Shown piece after piece: positions 26,135-36,000 of a stretch of 64,000 nucleotides of DNA. The stretch is taken from the IMG/VR virus record IMGVR_UViG_3300020403_000006, positions 4,339-68,338 of that record; one strand, 5' to 3'. The stretch comes from a virus (taxonomy: Duplodnaviria > Caudoviricetes). Made by a program: the position numbers and the translations under genes. Numbering within the stretch: the first letter of the stretch is position 1; each line of letters opens with the position of its first letter. Below the pieces are notes generated by a model. The model saw nothing but the letters and a program-made list of their open reading frames with translations, searched no databases and was not told the origin of the DNA.

Positions 26135-26599
26135 GTGGGTAGTTTATTAACAGATGCTGAAAAAGATGATTTACAGAAATCATTTAATGATCTTCATGAT
26201 ACATTTGCCAGACCTGTTTATTATTTTAAAGAAGCTAAAACAGTAGTTCTGTCCACCAACCCAGGGTTCAACTCAATATACCAACAGAACACATTACAAT
26301 CTACCACCGTTAAGAATATAATTCAATCAGGAAGTTTTAATGCAAGAATTACATACGATACAGATAGAAGTCAAACACAAGTAAACTCTCCAGAAATTGA
26401 CTCTCAGTTAAAACTAAGACTTCCAGATGGATATGTTAGAATAAAGGTTGATGCAAGTGGCTACGAAACATTAACCACAACAAAAAGAGTTGACTTTGAT
26501 AATAGAAGGTTTTCTATAGAAAGCGATGTGAGACCGCATGGTTTATTTGAACCAAATTATTATACTTTCTTTCTTCTTCCTACAGATAAATCTAAATAA
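26135..26599 (+). CDS. Head-closure/neck protein
   Basis: GTG start 5 nt after a GTG-TAATTA motif; beta-rich 154 aa; first of three genes before the major tail protein. Confidence 0.55.
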   Translation: MGSLLTDAEKDDLQKSFNDLHDTFARPVYYFKEAKTVVLSTNPGFNSIYQQNTLQSTTVKNIIQSGSFNARITYDTDRSQTQVNSPEIDSQLKLRLPDGYVRIKVDASGYETLTTTKRVDFDNRRFSIESDVRPHGLFEPNYYTFFLLPTDKSK

Positions 26600-26600
26600 C

Positions 26601-27269
26601 ATGGCTTTATTACCTAGAGATGTGGTTAGATCGATAAACTCCCAATTACCTAAAGAGATAGGTAAACAGGTAGAAGCGAAGGTTTTAAAAGAATTTGAAA
26701 TTTTAAAAAATAATATGATTCAAGAATTCGAAAGACATCCAGTAACAAGAGAAATTGATGCTGGTCCGAATGCTACCAATACCAGTGAGACTTTAGGGGG
26801 ATACGGAAACTTATTTAGTTTTATTGGATTCCAAGAGGGGTCTGATCCTCTTGCAGAAGTAAGGTCAGCTTTAGAAGACACCGTGGTAACTAAGTTAAAA
26901 TATTCGAACGGGGTTTGGGATTTTATAGTTAGAAGCGGTAAAGATGTTCTAACGAAAGATAAACTATTTTCATTGACTCCGATCCCTTGGGCTCCAGGAA
27001 GAAGCTGGATGGATGGAATAGAAACTGGACTTTCTGGACTCGGCTTATACTTATACGACTCAAAGAAAAAATTTGGAGACAATTCAAAGTCTGGGACTGC
27101 GATCCAGTTGAAGGGCGGAAAAAAAGCTGAAAAAGCTTTTGGATCAGGATCGACAGGGGGAGCAATAAAATTGCAAAGATCTAGGTATAGAAGAGTTTCT
27201 TATATGAGTTCAATTTTAAAAAATTTTAATAAATCCATAGAGAGGTTAAGAAGTACCACTTTATCATGA
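26601..27269 (+). CDS. Neck/tail-completion protein
   Basis: ATG 26601 (MALLPRD) directly after the previous stop is preferred to 26538; call rests on synteny. Confidence 0.5.
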   Translation: MALLPRDVVRSINSQLPKEIGKQVEAKVLKEFEILKNNMIQEFERHPVTREIDAGPNATNTSETLGGYGNLFSFIGFQEGSDPLAEVRSALEDTVVTKLKYSNGVWDFIVRSGKDVLTKDKLFSLTPIPWAPGRSWMDGIETGLSGLGLYLYDSKKKFGDNSKSGTAIQLKGGKKAEKAFGSGSTGGAIKLQRSRYRRVSYMSSILKNFNKSIERLRSTTLS

Positions 27270-28129
27270 AAAATAATTTTGGACATGATGCAACGACTAG
27301 TTTTACCATGTGGTTTGAACATCATATGTTGGAATACGGGGAGGCGTATCAAAACTTCACAGGAAAACTTTACCATACATCTGATGAACGTCTTCCTGAT
27401 ACTTTTCACAGATACAGTAGTCCTTATAAGCAATGGGTAACCGAAAGTGGAGTCGGGGGAGGGGCATTTGTTCCTACTCATATATCTGGATCAGCAGGAA
27501 AGATTGACAAAAAAGACCCTAATAATGGTTATTTCTTTGATTTTAATAATGGTGGAATAGTTGTTACAGGAAACTCTGCTTCAGCAAATATGAACCTTAG
27601 CGGATCTTTTTCGGTAAAAGAATTTAATATATATAATACAAATCAAACAGAAGAAGCTTTAATAGTTGAATCTAAATTTGATACTAATAGTAGGTTTTTT
27701 GTTCCAGAAAGCGGAATTGCTCCGTATGATTTTGTAACTCCAGCTGTTTTTATAAATAATGAATACATAGAAAATGAACCTTTTGCATTTGGAGGGGAAG
27801 ACAAAACTGTTTTACATTTTAAATCAGTTGTTTTTGCTGAAAACCTATACCAACTAGATGCAATGCTTTCTTTATTTGCTGATACAAAAAATTCAGTAAT
27901 ACCTCATTTAGACTTTTCATCTCATCCAATTAATGAATATGGAGACCTTAAAACTGGAAAATATTTATATTCAGACCCGACAAAACAAACATTAGAAGCT
28001 CCCTTTAATATAGAAAGAGTAACTACATCAAAAATAAGTGAAACTATAAGAAATACAATAGCACCAGGGCTTTTCGTGGGATTTTTAGATTTTGAAATAA
28101 CAAAACCAAGGTTTCCGAGGGTTTGTTGA
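27266..28129 (+). CDS. Tail terminator-like protein
   Basis: ATGA overlap; PAVFI...FAFGG..KT.LHFKSVVFAENLYQLD fits a terminator fold; immediately before the tube gene. Confidence 0.55.
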   Translation: MKNNFGHDATTSFTMWFEHHMLEYGEAYQNFTGKLYHTSDERLPDTFHRYSSPYKQWVTESGVGGGAFVPTHISGSAGKIDKKDPNNGYFFDFNNGGIVVTGNSASANMNLSGSFSVKEFNIYNTNQTEEALIVESKFDTNSRFFVPESGIAPYDFVTPAVFINNEYIENEPFAFGGEDKTVLHFKSVVFAENLYQLDAMLSLFADTKNSVIPHLDFSSHPINEYGDLKTGKYLYSDPTKQTLEAPFNIERVTTSKISETIRNTIAPGLFVGFLDFEITKPRFPRVC

Positions 28130-28225
28130 ATTATTTTAAAGTTAATAAAAAATTTCACATTAAGACAAGTTATCTGTAATTTATGTTAAACCCACATCTT
28201 CAAAAAAAATTAAATACTAATAATC

Positions 28226-29944
28226 ATGGCTAGAAACAGAGTAATTTATCAAAGTGAGGCATTATTTGTAAGTCCTAACGCTACTGGGGCTCACTTCATA
28301 TGTGAGGCTTTAACGACTGGACTTGGACCCACAGGACACGACAATGCAATGTCCACGCCTCAATCACCTTTCGGAGGAAGTGGAAATAGCCCCGACTTCA
28401 TGGCTCTCGTTAATCCAATTGGATTAAACCAAGACCCCGCTATTACATGGGGATCGCACAAAGCTGGTACTACTTTGGGTGCGATTAATACTGCTACTAA
28501 AATCGAAAATGCAGCAAGTTTAGGTCTTAATGATTTAGCTAACCTTAGTGGAGCAGCTCTTGAGGCTTTTTCTGGTGCTTTTGGAACAAGCGTCTATCAA
28601 TATGGAGGCCCAGTTGGAGGTCTTAAATCAGCAACTCCCCAGACTACTTTTGGTGGCTTGAACAATACTTCTGGCGATGTCATGCTTTATTTCAATCAAG
28701 CCGCATGGATTGCAGCTAATACCGTCTACGCTCGCAATGATAATGACCCCGCAGTTGGAATTGCAGATAAAAACGTTGTTGGTTATGGTGTATTTATTCA
28801 GCCTTGGAGCGGTACTTACAAAAACTTAATTCAACAAGTCCATAGAGTACAAAGCGCAAACTACAGCTTTACTATTAACAGAACAGATGTAAATACATTT
28901 GGTCAATTGGCTAGAATTGATGCGATTGCTCTTGAGCCGCCCACAGTTAATCTTGATTTTACTTACTTCCCAACAGATGGTTTCAACGAAAGAAATCTTG
29001 GTTTTTACCTAAAGGGTAACGGTAAGGGTGTTGGAATGGGGACAGCCGATTCTAATTCCGCAACCAATCACTTAAAGAGTGACGCTGCAGGAAAGAACTT
29101 CTTCATAGTTACAACTCCAGAATCTACCGATGCTTTCAACACTAACGAAGCTATTGAAAATAGATCTGTTATTGGTTTGGGTAATGGTTTCTTGAGTGAT
29201 TACACCCTTGAGGCTTCTGTTGGATCAATTCCAACAGCTTCCGCAACAATTGAGCTGTATAATGCTAAATCTGATGCTGGAACTACTGGAGTAACTATAC
29301 CTGGTGTAAATCTTCAACAAGGAACACCAGCTTCTGGTATTAACTTCAGCTTAGCTCATCCATCTTCCTTAAGAGGAGATGATCAAGGAGCTTCTCCGAG
29401 CACAGGTCAATTTGGTTACGCAGCTTTATCTGCTCTAAAACCTGGCGACATTACCTTGGAGCTTCCTAACGAGTTATCAATGTTCTCAAAGCTTAGCGGA
29501 GAAGGAGCTATTCATATTCAGAACTTTAGCTTAAGCTTACCACTAAGCAGAAGCCCAATTGATAGACTTGGAACTAGGTTTGCATTCTCTAGAGTTGTTG
29601 ACCTCCCAGTAGTTGCTACAATGAGCGTTAGCGCTTTGATGTCGGAAATTGGAACAGGTAACCTTGCTCTCATCCTTGATGACTGTAAGGAGCATGATGT
29701 CAAGATCAAAATGAAGGGTGGAGTTCCTTGTGTGGGGGGAGAAACATTCGACGCTTTGGATATTGACTTCAAGGGTGCTAGAATAGACAGTGAGTCTATT
29801 TCCTCAGACATTGGAAGCAACAAGAGTGTAGACTTCACATTCACCACTCAAATTGGTGGACCAGAAGACTTACTTCATGGAGTTTTCATATCTGGAGCTA
29901 ACTCTAACGTTATCCCAGAGCATTACAGCATTCCTAATAGATAA
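28226..29944 (+). CDS. Major tail (tube) protein with two tandem tube-like domains and a ~178-aa insertion
   Basis: Directly before the TMP and followed by a terminator; RVQSANYSFTINR and IQNFSLSLPLSR half-repeats; aligns by eye with the 61854 paralog. Confidence 0.8.
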   Translation: MARNRVIYQSEALFVSPNATGAHFICEALTTGLGPTGHDNAMSTPQSPFGGSGNSPDFMALVNPIGLNQDPAITWGSHKAGTTLGAINTATKIENAASLGLNDLANLSGAALEAFSGAFGTSVYQYGGPVGGLKSATPQTTFGGLNNTSGDVMLYFNQAAWIAANTVYARNDNDPAVGIADKNVVGYGVFIQPWSGTYKNLIQQVHRVQSANYSFTINRTDVNTFGQLARIDAIALEPPTVNLDFTYFPTDGFNERNLGFYLKGNGKGVGMGTADSNSATNHLKSDAAGKNFFIVTTPESTDAFNTNEAIENRSVIGLGNGFLSDYTLEASVGSIPTASATIELYNAKSDAGTTGVTIPGVNLQQGTPASGINFSLAHPSSLRGDDQGASPSTGQFGYAALSALKPGDITLELPNELSMFSKLSGEGAIHIQNFSLSLPLSRSPIDRLGTRFAFSRVVDLPVVATMSVSALMSEIGTGNLALILDDCKEHDVKIKMKGGVPCVGGETFDALDIDFKGARIDSESISSDIGSNKSVDFTFTTQIGGPEDLLHGVFISGANSNVIPEHYSIPNR

Positions 29945-29966
29945 AAAATCTTTTAGCCCGCTCTCG

Positions 29967-29997
29967 AAAAAACCCCCTTGAAAAAGGGGGTTTTTTT
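29967..29997 (+). terminator. Rho-independent terminator
   Basis: AAAAAACCCCCTT-GAAA-AAGGGGGTTTTTTT. Confidence 0.9.
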
Positions 29998-30075
29998 GTT
30001 TTTAAATAGTCGAGAAACTATTTATAGATAGTTCTCTTGTTTTAGGTGTAATTTCCAGTAAGGAATAAGGAAAAA

Positions 30076-33000
30076 ATGCCTCTCAAAATACCAACAGTTC
30101 AAACGGGACTAGAAAAGTCCATCAGAAATGCGGTTAAAAATGTAAGCGCTAGGGGTGGTCTTAATTTATCAATAAATGATAGGAATTTCTCTAGACCCTT
30201 AGGTAAAATAACTGGATCTGTTAGTGAATTTAACAAATCGCTAGAAGCATCTAATGCTCGTGTTTTGGCGTTTGGAGCCTCCGTGGGCATGATTCAAGGA
30301 GTGCAAAAAGCATTCGCATCCTTAGTCACAACAACTATAGAAGTAGAAAGAAAACTTACCGAGATAAATGTTGTAATGGGATTAACTAATTCCCAATTAG
30401 AAGATTTTGGAAAAAGTTTATTTAAAGTCGCTAAAAATACCGCACAAAGCTTTGATACAGTAGCTAATGCAGCAACAGAACTAGCAAGACAGGGTTTGGG
30501 AGTCGAAGAGACATTAAGGAGAGCAAATGATGCATTGATATTAACACGCCTAACTGGGCTAGATGCAGCAGCTGCTGTTAGTGGTTTAACGGCGGCATTA
30601 AATACATTTAATAAAGCGGGATTAGATTCGACTCAGATATTGAGTAAAATGGCTGCTGTTGATGTTCAGTTTGCAGTAAGTACTGAAGATTTAATAGATG
30701 CGGTTTCTAGAGCTGGAGCGGTTGCAAATGATGCTGGAGTAAGTTTTGATGAACTTTTAGGTGCAGTTACTGCGGCTCAGCAAATGACAGCTAGAGGAGG
30801 TAAGGTAATAGGTAATAGTTTTAAGACTATCTTTACAAGAGTACAAAGGTCCAGTACTATAAAAAGGCTTGAAGAGTTGGGTATAGCTGTAAGAGACATA
30901 CAGGGTAACACTCTTCCCGCAATTAATGTTTTGCAGAATTTAGCAAAAACTTACGATACATTAGCAGATACAACTAAAGCAGCAGTAGCAGAACAGGTTG
31001 GTGGAGTATTCCAAATAAACATACTAAAAGCGGCAATAAAAGATTTAAGTGCAGAAAATAGTATCTTGGCTAGAGCTACACAAATCTCAGCACAAGCAAC
31101 AGATGAAGCATACAAAAAGAATGAAATTTTAAATAGATCTTTATCCGCCTTAACTTCTCAAGCAGCAACTAGTATAAAGGAACTATCTGGAGTGCTTGGA
31201 GAAATAGCTTTTGCAGATCAAATAAGAGATTATCTAACTTTCATAAAAGATCAAGTTTCTTCTATATCAGGTTTTATAAGCCAAAAAGAAGGAGAAAGTG
31301 CAGGCTCAGATTTTCTTAAGGGTGTTATACGTGGAATTGGTAATGTTTTATCTGGACCAGGGTTATTTCTCACATTATCTATATTGGGAAAATTGTTCGT
31401 TAAAACTTTTTCATTTTTAGCTGGTAGTGGAAAAGAGCTTTTGGGGGTTGTTTCAGCCGCCGAAAAGCAAAAACAAATACAAACAGCTATAGTAACTGTT
31501 TTAAATGAAAATAGTGCTTTACAAAAAAGAATACTTTCACAAGAAGGAAATAGAGCAGCTCAAGAAAAAACCATCTTAACTATATTACAACAACAAGCAA
31601 GAGAACAAGCAAAAATAGCAGCAGCAGCCAGGGCTGTTGCGCCAGGAATATCTCGTGCTGGATTTGGTGGAGACCTAAGAAAAACAAGGAGCGAAGGGCA
31701 TATTCCAAACTATGTATCACCCTCAGAACGCGCTAGCGAGAAAAAGGGAGCTAGAAAAGCGGGGTATACACCTGGTGCAGTTAAAAGTATGAACCTCAAA
31801 GGTGAGGGAAGAATTATCTATAATACAGCTGAAACTGTTAAAAGGTTTAGTGGGCTATCGCAACCAGCAATCATGCCCCCTCAGTCAAGCAGGGCTGGCA
31901 GAAAGTATAAAAAAGCATTTACTGATGTTCATGGAGTAGACCCTTATGCAAATAGAGGGTATATACCAAATTACGCAAGAGGAAGCAGAACTCCTATGGT
32001 ATATAAGCCAACCCCCTATAATTTGGCACATGGTCTTATATACGGAAAAAGAAGAGCTTTAAATCTTGATACTGGTGGAGGTAGACTGCTGAAAGATGCA
32101 TGGCACTCATCAAAGCCCGCCTTGTCTACTAGTACAGAGCTAGACTCCATAAGAACAATTATTTATAAAAAATTTCTATCCAAAAAAGACCCAACATTTA
32201 TAAAACAAGTTGAAGACGCTATGGCTGCCTTTGGAAATACTGTGCCAAGTGCATGGTCTAGAGGTAACGGTTATATTGACGGGATGCTTCTTGATTTAAA
32301 TATGAAAAGGGCTCAGGCAAGAGGGTTAAGCAGTTATCAAAAACTGCCACCAGGAAGAATGCTTGGACCTCAGGATCCTCTCATGGGTGGAGCAATGAGT
32401 CAAGGCATGATTCCGAATTACATGAAAATGCTAGGGCTTAAAGAATTGATGTCTAAAGCTGGTGGCGCTGCAAAAAGTTTAATAACTACACCTTTTAAAG
32501 ACGCTGGGACTCTTATTAAAGGTGGGTACAAAGGAATCATGGGTGTCGAGCACATGCTCAGATCTGGAATTAAAGGAACATATAAAGGTCTTCAGTTTGG
32601 AGAAAAGATGATAAGAGCGGGCCTAGGAAAAGGTTTTGACTTCATGAAAAACTTTCCTCGTACAACCTTATATGGAGGCGGGGGAGGAGCAGGCTTTGCT
32701 TTTCAAGATCAGATAATGGCTGCGATTCAGAAATACGGACCCAAAGCTCTTGAAATGGGCTCGAAAATAGGCAAAGGAGCTTTAGATATATTCCAAAATC
32801 CAACAGCTCATGTAGATTTAATATCTGCTGTGCTTGGCGGGGTTATTCCAGCTGGCGTTTTAGGATTCACTTTATTAGACGATGTCTTAAGGGTAAGAAA
32901 AGATGAAAAAGCAAGACGGCTCAAAGCAGAGAAAAAAGCCGCAGCTGAAAAACTAGGAAAAGAGTTAAAAGAAGGAGGAAAACATAGAGGTAATTTAATG

Positions 33001-36000
33001 GTAAGAGATCTTCCCCCAGAGTTACAAAAAATAGCTATGGGAAGAATGAAAATAATGAATCCCCAGGTTGGGCCAGGAGGTCCTAGAAGCACTAGTTTTG
33101 TTCCTAAATCTATATTAGATGAATTAGGTTTAGCCAGCGGATTTGTACCTAATTATGCGCTGAATATAGCTAGACTTCAGGAGTCTGCGACGTATGTGCG
33201 TGGAAAATTAAACCCGAAGCAAGCTAGATCGCAAGGAAGGTTAAAGGATTTTATATTAAGAAGAGCTAAATTAAATCCTGAAGCAAGAGAGTTTGAGCCG
33301 CCAAAGTTTGACTTAACAATGGCTAGAGATGGAAAGCCTGTTGGGTCTTTAGATAATCCTACTGCATCTAGAGCTAGAGCAGCCGTAATAACATCAGACG
33401 GAAAAACTCACTTGGGATTTTGGCATGATGACATAAGAGATGATTTAGCTAGGCGAAAAATTGATTTAAAGGGAGCAAAAGATTTAGAGCTCTTATGGGC
33501 TAATAAAGGATTTATTCCAAATTATTCAGCTTTTCATTTTGATAAAAATCTTCCTATGTCGATGCCAAAAGCGGGGGATCGAATAACATTTTTGAAAGCT
33601 TTAGAATTTATGCCTGAGCATAAATTAGCACAAGCGATGGATTTATTCCTAAAGGAAACGCAAATGGGGCTGGACATGAAAGCATCTTATCCAGGAATGC
33701 CGATAAAAGATTTCAAAAAACATTTTGGCGGAAGTTTAAGTTTAGACATGGGCTTAAATTATTTAAGCGATAAAAGACAAAAAGAAATATTAAGGAATCC
33801 TGATGTAATGAAGTCTTTCTACAGATATCTTACTGGGAAATCTAGTTCTATAGGAATAGAAAGTGCGCTAACAGCAGACGAGAGAAAATATTTTCTGGAT
33901 AAATACGGAATGATCCCAAGGATGAAAAGTGTTGAAGATGGCTTTGGGCAAACGAAAAAAGACAGATTGAGTTTACTGAGGGAGGATTTCTTGAGAGCGG
34001 GAGAAGGTCCAGGAGGAGGAAAAAAAGGATCGGTAAGAGGTTATATTCAGGAAGCCTTTAAGCAATCAAGAGGAAAACAGAATATTGAAAAACTGCTTGC
34101 CCAAAATCAAGCTTTAGCGCCTCCTCCTGTTTTAGGTTTACCTTATGACCCCGAAAGAAGTTTAACTTTTGAAGAAAGGCGGAGGAGGCTTTACTATAAG
34201 CTTGCACGCTCCAACCCTGATGTATTAAATACTTTGCATAAAGTATATGGTTCTGGTATGAGCAGAACTCCGAAATCAGGATCACTGGAGGGTATTGATA
34301 TGATTATAGATAAAGAAGGTAATGCTAAAAAAATAAGAAATCGATTTGGTGATATAAGCGGAAGATTTAGAGGGGTTGATGCTGACATTGCTCTTCAAAG
34401 AAAAATAGAAGCCCAACATCTCGAAAGCCAATCTAGAGAAAACAAACGCGCGGCAGTACCTGTAGCAAATCAAGTAGCATTAAGACAAATGCTAAAAGAA
34501 AATGCCACAGGTAGTTCTATGATTAATCAACGAGCTTTCGATGATTTTGAAGATATCCTTAAGGACGATAGGACAACAACACGTGAAGCGGAAAAAATGA
34601 TGTCTGGAAGGTTCCAGAAAAGCGATGTTATTGATGAAATAATGAGGGAGAGAGGAGTTCGTCGCAAAAACCTTTATGGAGAAAATTTTAGTAAATTAGG
34701 AAGGAGACCCTTAATAAGGGATAAGAAAAATATAAACTTAAATGCTCTTCCTACATTAGATGATTTATTGGCATTAGGTAAAGAAGGAGGGTTACCAAAA
34801 AATATCCCAGGATTACCTTCTATGCGTGAATTGTTAAACATGAAAAGGTTTGGGCATAGCCCCAAAAATCTATCAAATTTACCTACTTTAAAAGAGCTTT
34901 TAAAACTTAGAAAATTTAGGAGTTTTGGGAACATTCCTAATTTTGCATTAAGAATAAATACATCTAAAATAAAGCCAATATCTAAACCTCAAGGAAGAAT
35001 ACATGGAAGTAAATATGATGAAACTATAGGCTTGTCTCAATTAGATGAAATTTTACGAGCAAGAACTTTTTCATCAATAAAATACAGACCTAAAGGACAA
35101 GACATTGAGGAGCTTGTTTTATCTAAAGCCAGAAGCGGAGTACATCAATACAAGAAAGGCAAACCCCCACCCAAGGGATACGAAAGTTGGAATGAATTCG
35201 ATTTAGCTACTGGAACAAGAGTGATTCATGCAAGTTCTGCTGGTAAAGGTTCTGGGGCATATAGAAGATTAGCTCTAAATAGAGTTCACAGTGTGGTGTC
35301 TGGAGGAAAGCATTATAGAGTTGATCCTTTGATGGCTAGTCATGGGCTTATTCCTAATTTTATCAATATAAATCCTGCATTTTCTAAATTCAGGAAAATG
35401 GGATCTCAATCAATGCCATCTTCTGGAGGAGGTCCAAGATTGGGAGCTTTTTCAGACTCAGTGAAATATAGTAGCAATAATTTAGTAGATACATTTGCTA
35501 AGGGAATTTTAAATGGAAAGCTAAAATTAAGTCAAGCATCAAAAGAAATAAAAGAAACCGCTTCTTTTGTTGGTGGTAAAAGCGGATTTGAGTTATTGCA
35601 ATCATGGAGTAAACTTTTAGGAAATAAAACATTTAAATCAAAAATAAATAAAGGCATGATGAGCTCAGGGCTCATTCCTAATTTTGCAAATCTTGGAAAA
35701 TTAATAGCAGCTCATAATGCCAAGAAAAGAGCCAATTTAGCTATAAGAGAGCCAGCGGTTCAGCTTGGCGTGGTAGGAATACATCCTGGAAAAAACCCAT
35801 TGACAGATAGTTATATAAAAGCTTACAAGCAGGGGAAAATAACCGAAAAAGAACTTTATGAAATGATGCGGGGTCAAGCTGCTATGCTAAGAGGTCAACC
35901 AGGAAAGTTTGAGGCTCAAATGGACTATGTTGCAATGAATATAAAAAATGCTCCAGGTCAGATAAGAAGAAAAAATATTAATGACATGAGATCTGGAGCT

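Noticed and set aside
30012-30036. Imperfect inverted repeat GAG-A-AACTAT-N6-ATAGTT-CTC before the TMP promoter as a shared operator
   Set aside because: Its sequence differs from the palindromes at 14846-14888 and 26047-26068; short and AT-rich, so may be chance.
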